This document shows, piece by piece, positions 37,655 to 46,445 of a DNA stretch of 64,000 bases. The notes beneath the pieces were generated by a model, which saw only the letters and a program-made list of their open reading frames with translations, was not told the DNA's origin and ran no database searches. This DNA is from Patescibacteria group bacterium (GTDB lineage Bacteria; Patescibacteriota; Minisyncoccia; UBA6257; UBA9933), in contig JBBTPY010000007.1 in the NCBI GenBank assembly GCA_038065955.1, positions 29,232-93,231 on the forward strand, in the 5' to 3' direction. Made by a program: the position numbers and the translations under genes. The first letter of the stretch is position 1. Each line of letters starts with the position of its first letter.

Positions 37655-38686
37655 TTATAAAATTATTTTTTTAATAATGATTTGAAGCTGATTTTGAGTA
37701 TTATATCCGCTTTTTATGCATCTTTCTCTTCCATTTGCCGCTATTTTTAAACGCGCTTTATCATCAATGAGATATTTTTTAACTTTTTCCAAAAGCTCTT
37801 TTTCTGTTTCAAAAAAAACTGCTTCTTTGTCTTCTTCAAAAAAATCCAAGTGTCTTTTGGTCCGCTCCGCTATCATAAACCCGCCACAAGCCGGAATTTC
37901 CACGCTCCTGCTTGTTATTTCATCTCTGTTTATTTTTCTCAAAAAACAAAGGTTAATTTTCGCGGCGCTTATGGCTTTTGCGTAATCATCGCTATAAAGC
38001 GGTTTATTTTTTATGATTAAATTAGGATTTTTATCAATCCACGCGCCCCAACCGTTGCCCCAAACAACAACTTTAATTCCGTTTTCAGCGAGAAACAACA
38101 TCTTTTCAGCCCTGTCATTTTCAAAAGTTCCGATAAATCCGACATCGCAGCTAAAATTTTTTATATCTTCATCGGTTAAATTCATCGGCCAGTGGGCATT
38201 TTCATCATACGAATCTAAAAATAATTCGGTTCTTTTTGCTCCTAATATTTTTAACTCTTCTAAATTGTAAACCTTAGTAGTAAAAACAATATCATAATAT
38301 TTAAGCCCCAAATCATAATAAAAAGAACGGTTGTGTTTAGCGTACATATCATCTTCGGAAACAGAAACCAGCTTCGCTTGCGGCTGATTTTTTTTGATAA
38401 AACTCAATGTTTTGGGCTTAATTGTATTTCCTTTTTCAATCCAAATAATATCAAATTTTTCATTTTTAATCGCTTGATGAATTTTTTTATTAACGCCCGT
38501 TGAATCAATAGGCAATTTTAATTTCCAAAATAATCGCTCTAAAAAAATTGATTTATCTATACCGGGCACAAAAGGAACTGGAACCATTGAAAAACCCTTA
38601 ACTTCATTGCCCAAGTCGGCTAGCGCGCGGAATCTTTGAAAACTTCTGCCATATTCATTTAAATCTCCAATAAATAAAATTTTCAT
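37655..38686 (-). CDS. GT-B glycosyltransferase, CgeB-like (Glyco_trans_1_2 type)
   Basis: 343 aa; C-terminal DVGFIGTFENDRAEKM...EIPACGGFMIAERT similar to CgeB/DUF3880-type transferases. Confidence 0.5.
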   Translation of the reverse strand: MKILFIGDLNEYGRSFQRFRALADLGNEVKGFSMVPVPFVPGIDKSIFLERLFWKLKLPIDSTGVNKKIHQAIKNEKFDIIWIEKGNTIKPKTLSFIKKNQPQAKLVSVSEDDMYAKHNRSFYYDLGLKYYDIVFTTKVYNLEELKILGAKRTELFLDSYDENAHWPMNLTDEDIKNFSCDVGFIGTFENDRAEKMLFLAENGIKVVVWGNGWGAWIDKNPNLIIKNKPLYSDDYAKAISAAKINLCFLRKINRDEITSRSVEIPACGGFMIAERTKRHLDFFEEDKEAVFFETEKELLEKVKKYLIDDKARLKIAANGRERCIKSGYNTQNQLQIIIKKIIL

Positions 38687-38687
38687 T

Positions 38688-40937
38688 TTATTTGATGCTG
38701 TTTTTTAATGCCTTTAAAATTCCCTCAATGTCTTTTTCGTGGCTGTAATTTTGAATAATTTCAAAAGACTTTTCCCCAAATTTTTTTCTTTTTTCCAAAT
38801 TCTTAATTAAATCTTTTAAATAATCTGCCAATTTTCCAACATTGCCGACTGGAAAAATATAACCATTTCCATCATTTTTAACTAAATCCGAACCGCAGCC
38901 AACCATATCAGAAATAATAACCGGCAAGCCAAAACACATTGCTTCATTGACTACCAGCCCCCATGTTTCGCCTATCCCTGACGGCAAAACAAAAATATCG
39001 GCCATTGCGTAATATTGCGACAATTCTGTTTGATTTTTAAAACCAACGAAGTGAACATTTTGAAGATTATTTTCTTGTGTATATTTTTCAAGCTCCGGCC
39101 TCAATAAACCATCACCAACGAAAATTAAATGAATATTATGTATTGTGTATTTAGTATTTAGTATTTCGTATGCCTTCAATAAATCTATTGGCCGTTTTTT
39201 TTCTATAAATTTTCCTACAAAAAGAATGGCAATATCATTTTCTTTAATTCCCAATTCATCTCTAAATTTCTGTCTTTTATTTTTTAAATTTTCAGCCGCC
39301 GCCATATATCGCTCATTATCCACCGCATAAGGAACGAAAAACAATTTTTCTTCCGGCACGCCGTAATATTGATAAAATTTTTTGTTTTCTTCGCCAATAT
39401 ACAAAAAAGCGCTGATATGTTTAAAAAATCTTTTCAACACAACCGTTTTAATTTTCTGCTTCCATCCGTTTTTTAACAACTCCTGATTTAAAGGGCTTTC
39501 TCCTTGTAAAATAACCGGCGTATTAATAATTAAAGCCGTTAAAAACGCCAACCAATTTGTAAATAAATTCCAGCCGTAAATTAAAACAGTGCCGTAACGA
39601 TTTTGAATCAATTCTTTAATAATGCCGAAATTCAACTGCCCCCAAAAATTACTTGAAGGGCGCAGTGAAAAATTTTTAAGAAATTTATATCTATAACCTT
39701 CTAAAATCGGTATATCCCATTGCACTTTTGCCTTAAATTCCGGATCAATTGACTTTTGATTTACGCCAAAATCCCAATTAAAATACGCCGTTAAATCAAT
39801 TTTGCCGGAAGCGGCAATTTTACGAAGCAAAGGCGCCTGATATTGGATTGCATGCGACATAATAATCGCCAATTTCGGAATTTCCAATAAATTCAAGATT
39901 TCTTTTACGCGCTTTTTAAAATTATCTTTGCCGTATTCATTAAGAATTGCTTTTCTGATTAAGGGAGCGTTAAAAAATATTTTTGGCGCCTTGCCATTTA
40001 AAATGCCAATTATTGAATTTTTTAATTCTTGCTGATTATCGGAATTAATAATATATCCCAATTTATCATTAAAAATTTCTTTTTCCGAACTCTCTCCTTG
40101 GCTGCCGCCGATTATAGGCTTGCCGCAAGCAAGCGCTTCAAGCAAAACAATCGCGGGAAATCCTTCTTTTTTTGAAGGATAAGCAAAAACGTCCGCTAAA
40201 TTATAATAATCAACCATTTCCTCGTCTTTAGCGGGGCCCGGCAAAATAACATTTTTTTCCAAACCCAGTTCTTTTACGAGATTTTTTACGCGCTCCGCGT
40301 CATTGCCTCCGCCGACAAGCAAATATTTCGCATTTGGAATTTCTTTTACAACATCGGGCATCGCCCTTACCACTCTTTCATAGCCCTTATTATCCGCTTC
40401 CGAATAAGAAAGGCGGCAAATAGTCAAAATTATTTTTGAATTTTTTAAATTATGCCTTTCAATTAAATTCTGCGATTTCTCTTTGATATAAAATCTTTCG
40501 CCGTCAACGGAATTCGGCAAAGTAAGAATTTTTCCCGCCACTTCCGGAATTTGTCTAATAACATTTTTAGCGGCTTGGTCAAAAAGTTTAATGATAAATT
40601 TCGCCGATTTTAGCGCCCGCTTATGCAAGGCAGATTCAATATTAACAACTTCAATACCATAAACATTGACTGTATATTCTATGCCTAATATTTTTTTTAC
40701 AAAATAACAGATTGGAGCAAACGCGATATGCGAAGAACAGATGATATCCGGCTTTTCTCTGACGGATTCCAAAAAAACTCTAAAAATAAAAAATAGTTTC
40801 TGAAATAAGCCGATACCGTAAAGCGGAACAAAAAAAATATCCGCTTCGGCTTCTTGAAGCGCGCCCATAAATTCTCTGTTATATTTTTCAATTCCGCCAA
40901 TTTTATTCGTATCAGCGGCGATAAAAAGAATTTTCAT
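38688..40937 (-). CDS. tandem double-GT4 glycosyltransferase (two GT-B modules fused)
   Basis: 749 aa; first module MKILFIAADTNKIGGIEKY...GFPAIVLLEALACGKPIIG; second module from about aa 350, ...GETWGLVVNEAMCFGLPVIISD. Confidence 0.8.
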   Translation of the reverse strand: MKILFIAADTNKIGGIEKYNREFMGALQEAEADIFFVPLYGIGLFQKLFFIFRVFLESVREKPDIICSSHIAFAPICYFVKKILGIEYTVNVYGIEVVNIESALHKRALKSAKFIIKLFDQAAKNVIRQIPEVAGKILTLPNSVDGERFYIKEKSQNLIERHNLKNSKIILTICRLSYSEADNKGYERVVRAMPDVVKEIPNAKYLLVGGGNDAERVKNLVKELGLEKNVILPGPAKDEEMVDYYNLADVFAYPSKKEGFPAIVLLEALACGKPIIGGSQGESSEKEIFNDKLGYIINSDNQQELKNSIIGILNGKAPKIFFNAPLIRKAILNEYGKDNFKKRVKEILNLLEIPKLAIIMSHAIQYQAPLLRKIAASGKIDLTAYFNWDFGVNQKSIDPEFKAKVQWDIPILEGYRYKFLKNFSLRPSSNFWGQLNFGIIKELIQNRYGTVLIYGWNLFTNWLAFLTALIINTPVILQGESPLNQELLKNGWKQKIKTVVLKRFFKHISAFLYIGEENKKFYQYYGVPEEKLFFVPYAVDNERYMAAAENLKNKRQKFRDELGIKENDIAILFVGKFIEKKRPIDLLKAYEILNTKYTIHNIHLIFVGDGLLRPELEKYTQENNLQNVHFVGFKNQTELSQYYAMADIFVLPSGIGETWGLVVNEAMCFGLPVIISDMVGCGSDLVKNDGNGYIFPVGNVGKLADYLKDLIKNLEKRKKFGEKSFEIIQNYSHEKDIEGILKALKNSIK

Positions 40938-41638
40938 GATTTAAATTGCTTTTTTAAATTTATGCTAAATAATACCATTCTTTTAATGAATTTCCATTTT
41001 GAATACAAATTTTTATTCCAATTGGATTCACCGTAAAGTCTTTTATTAAAAAAAACGGGAAAACGAATAATTTCAAGGTTTTGTCTTTTTGCCATATAAA
41101 AAGCGTATAAATCCAATGAAAAATCATAAGGCGGATTGTTCCATTTTTCAAAAAAACTTCTATGAAAAATGTTCGGCTGAGCGTTTATGTCATAAAATAT
41201 TCCGCTGAAATACATTGATTCAAACACGCTCATTCCAAAAGTGAAAAATCTATCTATTAACGGCCGCCCTTTGCGTCTGCCCTTCATATAAATATTTTTC
41301 GGATTATTATTTTTTTCTATAATTTCTAACGCCTTTAAAATATCGTTCGGCGGCGTTTGCATATCACCGTGAGTCCAGCCAATATATTCCCCCTTTGCCC
41401 CTTTTAATCCGCTTAAAATTCCAAAACCATATCCTTGATTTTTTTCAACCCCAATAACTCTCGCAAAAGAATATTGAGGCAGTAAATTATTTAACATATC
41501 TTTACTGTTATCTGTTGAACCATTATTAATAATAATTACTTCAACATCGTTTCTTTTAATAACCCCCTGAAAACCGCTCAATATAAGAGGAATATTTTTT
41601 TCTTCATTATAACAAGGTATGACTATGGATAATTTCAT
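40934..41638 (-). CDS. GT2 polyprenyl-phosphate sugar synthase-like (DPM1/GtrB-like)
   Basis: 234 aa; LSIVIPCYNEEKNIPLILSGF, IINNGSTDNS, DMQTPP (D-x-D region). Confidence 0.75.
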   Translation of the reverse strand: MKLSIVIPCYNEEKNIPLILSGFQGVIKRNDVEVIIINNGSTDNSKDMLNNLLPQYSFARVIGVEKNQGYGFGILSGLKGAKGEYIGWTHGDMQTPPNDILKALEIIEKNNNPKNIYMKGRRKGRPLIDRFFTFGMSVFESMYFSGIFYDINAQPNIFHRSFFEKWNNPPYDFSLDLYAFYMAKRQNLEIIRFPVFFNKRLYGESNWNKNLYSKWKFIKRMVLFSINLKKQFKS

Positions 41639-43509
41639 AAAGCTCTTATTAAACCAAATATTGTTGACCCATATTGTTTATTTTTAAATTCCTTCCAGTT
41701 TTTCCATCCTAAATTTTCCAAATCGTTTTTTAATTTATCACCGCCATAAAAATCCGAAATCAAAACCAATTGGATTTTATTATTTTTATTAATATTTTCA
41801 GAGAAAAAATCAGAAGGTATTTCTTTATAAATATCTCTTTCAGATTTTACTTCTGAAACGGTAAAATTATTTAATATTTCTCCAAAAACGCCGTAGGTTA
41901 CGCCTGCTACAAAAATATTTCCCGCATATCCGGCTTTTTTAGCTTCTGTAAATGCTTTTTTATATTCATAAGGAAATTCTGACAAAATAGCATATTGACT
42001 ACGAACTTTAATATCTTGATTAAAAGATATTTTTAACTGATCTATCGGCTTGTTAAAGCCGGCCAAATTTTTAAAAACATAAATATTATTAATAATTAAA
42101 ATAGTAAAAATTACCGGCAAAAGTTTATGCGCCAAATTATAACGTTTGACTGCAAAATTCACAATCAGAAAAAATCCTAGAATTATAAAAGGAATAATAT
42201 ATTCCGCTTGATATCTACCAATTCCCCAAAGACCGGGAGCAATCATATAAAAAACATACACTCCGGCAATAAAAAAAATTAAAACCGCTGAAATTTTAAG
42301 CGAATTTTTAATAAAAAATAATAAAGGGATAAATAAAAATATAACCCAGGGCCAACCAATAGAATTCATAATCGCATTAAAAACAATTTCTGAATCCAAA
42401 GCAACTAAAACTCTTTGAAAGCTGGGAATATCCCCCAGATAACTCGCCGAAGTGCCATTAATAACGCTACTAAATAAGAAAGGAAGCATTAAAAAAATCG
42501 GACTTATTAAAATAAAAATTTCTTTTATTTTAAATTCTTTTCTCTTAAACAAATCAACAATGATAATTAAAAATAATGGTAATAGAGCCACAAAAACGGA
42601 TTGCCTTAATAAGGTAAAAATAGAAATTATAGAAATCCACCTTATATAATTAAATTTTTCGCTATAAGCAAAAACATAAAACAAAAACGCTGTCCAGGAT
42701 ACGGCTGTCCAAACAGATTGTTCCGCAAGAACTCCGACATGCCATAAAACCGGTATTGTACCAACAGCCAAAGCAAATAACCATGAATTAATAAAATTTA
42801 ATTTTAGATTGGCGATTCTTTGAATAAACAACATTAATCCAATCAAACCGACAAATTGAGCTAATCTGAAATTAAAATCCGCGCTGGTAAAAATAGCGCT
42901 GGAAAACCACAATGGAAATAATCTAAAAGACGGATGAGGCCCGGCGCTCCCGCCAAACGCCATAATGATAAATCTAAAAACTAAAAACAGCGATGAAAAA
43001 ACAGCTACTTTAAATAACCAACTTCTATTTTTTGTGAATTTATAAAATAAAAATCCAACAAAAATTATCAACAAATCAACAATATAAATAAGCCATTTAA
43101 AACTAAAATTATTTAAAAATCCGGTTTGGTTAGATAAAAAATCAATCAACGTGATACTGTGAAGTTTTGATTGCTGGCTATGAGCCAATTGATCGCCATT
43201 AAGCGACATCATTAAATTGCCTAAAGATAAAACAAGCATTATCAGAAAAAAAGACGCAAATACCAAAATATCTTTGTTTTTTATAATAATTCCGTCTTTA
43301 TACGAATTGTCATTTTTCCAAAGCCACAGAAATAAAATAAAAATTCCGCAAAGAATAAAAGAAATTAAAATATTCGCAGTAAAGCCAAAACTTTTTGCCG
43401 TAAGCGCGCCAAAAAATCCATAAGACCAAAACGCGACAAAAGCGAGAATCGCCGCCCAATTTAAATTTATAATAAATATCTCTTTATTTAAATCAAATCT
43501 ATTATTCAT
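41635..43509 (-). CDS. large polytopic membrane protein with C-terminal soluble domain; candidate GT-C fold glycosyltransferase (GtrC/YfhO-like role)
   Basis: 624 aa; about 13-14 TM helices then about 150-aa hydrophilic C-terminus; 4-nt overlap with GtrB-like gene. Confidence 0.4.
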   Translation of the reverse strand: MNNRFDLNKEIFIINLNWAAILAFVAFWSYGFFGALTAKSFGFTANILISFILCGIFILFLWLWKNDNSYKDGIIIKNKDILVFASFFLIMLVLSLGNLMMSLNGDQLAHSQQSKLHSITLIDFLSNQTGFLNNFSFKWLIYIVDLLIIFVGFLFYKFTKNRSWLFKVAVFSSLFLVFRFIIMAFGGSAGPHPSFRLFPLWFSSAIFTSADFNFRLAQFVGLIGLMLFIQRIANLKLNFINSWLFALAVGTIPVLWHVGVLAEQSVWTAVSWTAFLFYVFAYSEKFNYIRWISIISIFTLLRQSVFVALLPLFLIIIVDLFKRKEFKIKEIFILISPIFLMLPFLFSSVINGTSASYLGDIPSFQRVLVALDSEIVFNAIMNSIGWPWVIFLFIPLLFFIKNSLKISAVLIFFIAGVYVFYMIAPGLWGIGRYQAEYIIPFIILGFFLIVNFAVKRYNLAHKLLPVIFTILIINNIYVFKNLAGFNKPIDQLKISFNQDIKVRSQYAILSEFPYEYKKAFTEAKKAGYAGNIFVAGVTYGVFGEILNNFTVSEVKSERDIYKEIPSDFFSENINKNNKIQLVLISDFYGGDKLKNDLENLGWKNWKEFKNKQYGSTIFGLIRAL

Positions 43510-43521
43510 ATTCGTTTCGAA

Positions 43522-44319
43522 TTAAATTTTTTGCAAAATAATTTGCCGTTGTAATGCAAATATTCTTGGGGATATTATTGTTAAAATATCATCTATGAGC
43601 TTGATTAACCGCAATAAAAATATCGGCAACGGAATATAAAAAGTTTTTGCGATTACTCCTCCCGAATTCAAAAAAATAAAAAATTCACAATATTTATCAC
43701 TGATAATTTTAAAATAAGGAATTTTTTGTTTAAATTTATTTTTATTATCAAAAAGCAGATTAGGAATTGCGCAATTGGCCGACCATAAATCATTCGGATT
43801 GGTACAAACAGCTTCTTCATTAAAAACATCAACGTCAAAAGAATATCCCTCGTGCCTCATTAATCTTAAAAATAATCGCATAAAAAAAGACGCGTTTATC
43901 TCTTGGATTAATAAAACTCCGCCCGGCCTTAAAATACGATTCATCTCTTGAAAAAATTTCAAAGGATATGGAACATGATGAATCATATTGCTTGAAACAA
44001 TAAAATCGAAGCTTTTGTTTTCAAATGGCGTATTTAAAGCATCAACATTTTTTATATCTAACCAATCATTATCTAAATAATCGGTTAATATAAAATTTCT
44101 CGCCTTGATATAAAATTTGCTTATTCCAGTACCACAGCCGACTTCAACGCCCCTTGAATCATATTTAATATATTCATTCATCCATTTATATCTATTTCCC
44201 AATAAAAATTTCAAATTATTGTTTTTTGATTTTATAAAATACTCTCTTGCCTTTATGACATTCCCCTCATTTTTCATCCTATTATTTTTATGCAACGGTA
44301 TATATGTTTTTGTAAACAT
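43522..44319 (-). CDS. class I SAM-dependent methyltransferase
   Basis: 265 aa; GVEVGCGTGIS motif I, LRPGGVLLIQE. Confidence 0.75.
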   Translation of the reverse strand: MFTKTYIPLHKNNRMKNEGNVIKAREYFIKSKNNNLKFLLGNRYKWMNEYIKYDSRGVEVGCGTGISKFYIKARNFILTDYLDNDWLDIKNVDALNTPFENKSFDFIVSSNMIHHVPYPLKFFQEMNRILRPGGVLLIQEINASFFMRLFLRLMRHEGYSFDVDVFNEEAVCTNPNDLWSANCAIPNLLFDNKNKFKQKIPYFKIISDKYCEFFIFLNSGGVIAKTFYIPLPIFLLRLIKLIDDILTIISPRIFALQRQIILQKI

Positions 44320-44327
44320 TGTTAAAT

Positions 44328-44699
44328 TTAAGAATTAAAAACAAACCGCTTTTGACCGATGAAATTTAATGACGCGCTTGCTCCAGTCGCCACGACATAT
44401 GAAAAAACAAAAGAATTACTCAAAGATAATACCAAAGAATTCATGGCCACATTAACAACTATCGCCACCATATATAAAATAATGAATTTAATTAATTCTT
44501 TTTTAGAATAGCCAGGCTTTTTAAATGTCCAAAATTTATTTGCAACATACGCAACTATTGTTCCACAGATAAAAGCAAACGCCTTTGCCAACCACGGCTC
44601 TAAAAAAAATAATGAAGAATAATAAACAGCAGCATCTGCCGCCACGATAAAAATTCCAACTATTAAAAATCTTGATATTTCTTTTTTAAAATTATTCAT
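44328..44699 (-). CDS. GtrA-family small membrane protein (lipid-linked sugar translocation)
   Basis: 123 aa, 4 TM helices, FLIVGIFIVAADAAVYY...VAYVANKFWTFKK typical GtrA. Confidence 0.8.
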   Translation of the reverse strand: MNNFKKEISRFLIVGIFIVAADAAVYYSSLFFLEPWLAKAFAFICGTIVAYVANKFWTFKKPGYSKKELIKFIILYMVAIVVNVAMNSLVLSLSNSFVFSYVVATGASASLNFIGQKRFVFNS

Positions 44700-45453
44700 T
44701 GAATATTTCCGACCAGTATTTATACTCTTCCAGATCCTCTGACGTTCCCCACTGGCAAAAATGCGGCACTTTATCGTAAATAAAAACTTTCAACCCGTCC
44801 CCGACAAGCAAATTATAAACCAAACTTACATAGTATTCCCCGTTAAGTGCGATTTTCTCATCCATTAACTGCTGAAAGTATTTTTTAACATAAGCGCCGC
44901 GCTTAAAATAATAAGTTCCGCCAGATTGCGGAGAATCCATCTTATTCTCAGTGAAAGAATATTTTTCCTTAATTTCAAGCATATAATTATTTTCATCAAC
45001 CCTCATACTGGCGTAATAATTATCTTTATGAAGCAAATGCGGATGAAATCCTTTATATGCCACCACTGCGCCATCGCATTTATTTTCCGTGACAAATTTT
45101 TTAAAATCATTATAATCCCAATCTATAAAAAAATCGCAATAATTGACAATAACAGGTTCATTGTCGTGAATTAAATCAAAAATACTAGAAACCGCCCAGA
45201 CAGATCCTAATTTTCGATTTTTTATGCTTATAATTTTAGCCGTTGGTTTTGCGGACAATAAAATTTCCCGCATTTTTGTTGTTTCCAGATGTTCTTCATT
45301 GCAAATAAAAATAAAGTTCTCTTCTCCCGGGAATAAATCAATAATATGCTCTATAATTGTCTTATTGTTTATCCGAATAAGCGGTTTTGGTTCAAGATAG
45401 CCGGCTTTTTTAAATCGTTCGCCGGTTCCGGACATTGGTATAATAATCTTCAT
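44692..45453 (-). CDS. nucleotidyltransferase (GT-A-like NTP-transferase/cytidylyltransferase family, LicC-like size)
   Basis: 253 aa; MKIIIPMSGTGERFKKAGYLEPKPLIRINNKTIIEHIID; paralog of 49876..50694. Confidence 0.6.
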   Translation of the reverse strand: MKIIIPMSGTGERFKKAGYLEPKPLIRINNKTIIEHIIDLFPGEENFIFICNEEHLETTKMREILLSAKPTAKIISIKNRKLGSVWAVSSIFDLIHDNEPVIVNYCDFFIDWDYNDFKKFVTENKCDGAVVAYKGFHPHLLHKDNYYASMRVDENNYMLEIKEKYSFTENKMDSPQSGGTYYFKRGAYVKKYFQQLMDEKIALNGEYYVSLVYNLLVGDGLKVFIYDKVPHFCQWGTSEDLEEYKYWSEIFNE

Positions 45454-46445
45454 CTTTTTATTAATTTTTGCCGATATTTTTCACTTTCCATATTATTTAT
45501 ATAATCCAAATCTTTTTGAGAAAGCGGATTCAAAACTAAGCCGCAATCTTTTGCACAATCAACAATATATAGCCAAGCAATTAAATTTTCCTCAATTGCC
45601 CGCTCTTCTTTTTTATTTATTTTATAATTGATATTTCCGGCGCTTTCGTCAATTGAAATTTTATCGTTAATATTGTCACAAAAAACAATTTGGTCGGGAA
45701 ATAAAATATTTTTTGAGAAATTTTCAATTAAATCACCGTTATTTTTTATAAACTTTTTTAAAAAATTAATTTTATCTTTTTTATTCTTAGGAAAAACTTT
45801 TTTAAAATTCAAGTATTGCTTAATAAATATTTGAATTTCATTATGTAAATCAAAAACATGCTTCAAATTATTGCCAGAAACAATAAGGCCGTGATTTTGA
45901 ATTAAAATTACTTCCGGAATTTTGTTGTATTTATTTTTATGCCTATCTATTGCTTCTTTTACGCATAAAGTCAAATGAAGCCCGGGATTGCTATATGGCA
46001 ACCAAATTATATCTATGCCAGAATCTTGAAATATTTTTTTAAACAAGTTCTCGCCGTCCAAAGCGCAAGTAATAATGTTTGCGTATACTGAATGCGTATG
46101 TATGACATATTTTCCGAGCAAAGCGTGAAAACCCGTTTCTATTGAGGGCTTAATGTTTCCAGAACCGATTTTTCCCAATATACAGGAATCAATGAAATCC
46201 GCGCTATCTGGTTCAAAAACATCGGAAAAATCTTGAGTATTATAATATTTTGATAATTTATCATAATCGACCGCCACTAATCCGTTATTTTCTAAAACCT
46301 CTAAAAATCTGAAACCCGATGCCTTAATAAGCATTTTCCGGTCGTCGATTTTAATGGAAAAATTTCCGCCGGCGCCCTGAACCAAATCAGGACATTGTCC
46401 GATATCACGGGATATATCAATTATTTTTTTTAATTCATCTTTCAT
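45450..46445 (-). CDS. class II aldolase/adducin-family protein with C-terminal extension
   Basis: 331 aa; GNFSIKI, LIKASGF, PSIETGFHALL, VIHTHSVYANI follow the class II aldolase fold signature (Zn-binding H-x-H). Confidence 0.75.
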   Translation of the reverse strand: MKDELKKIIDISRDIGQCPDLVQGAGGNFSIKIDDRKMLIKASGFRFLEVLENNGLVAVDYDKLSKYYNTQDFSDVFEPDSADFIDSCILGKIGSGNIKPSIETGFHALLGKYVIHTHSVYANIITCALDGENLFKKIFQDSGIDIIWLPYSNPGLHLTLCVKEAIDRHKNKYNKIPEVILIQNHGLIVSGNNLKHVFDLHNEIQIFIKQYLNFKKVFPKNKKDKINFLKKFIKNNGDLIENFSKNILFPDQIVFCDNINDKISIDESAGNINYKINKKEERAIEENLIAWLYIVDCAKDCGLVLNPLSQKDLDYINNMESEKYRQKLIKR

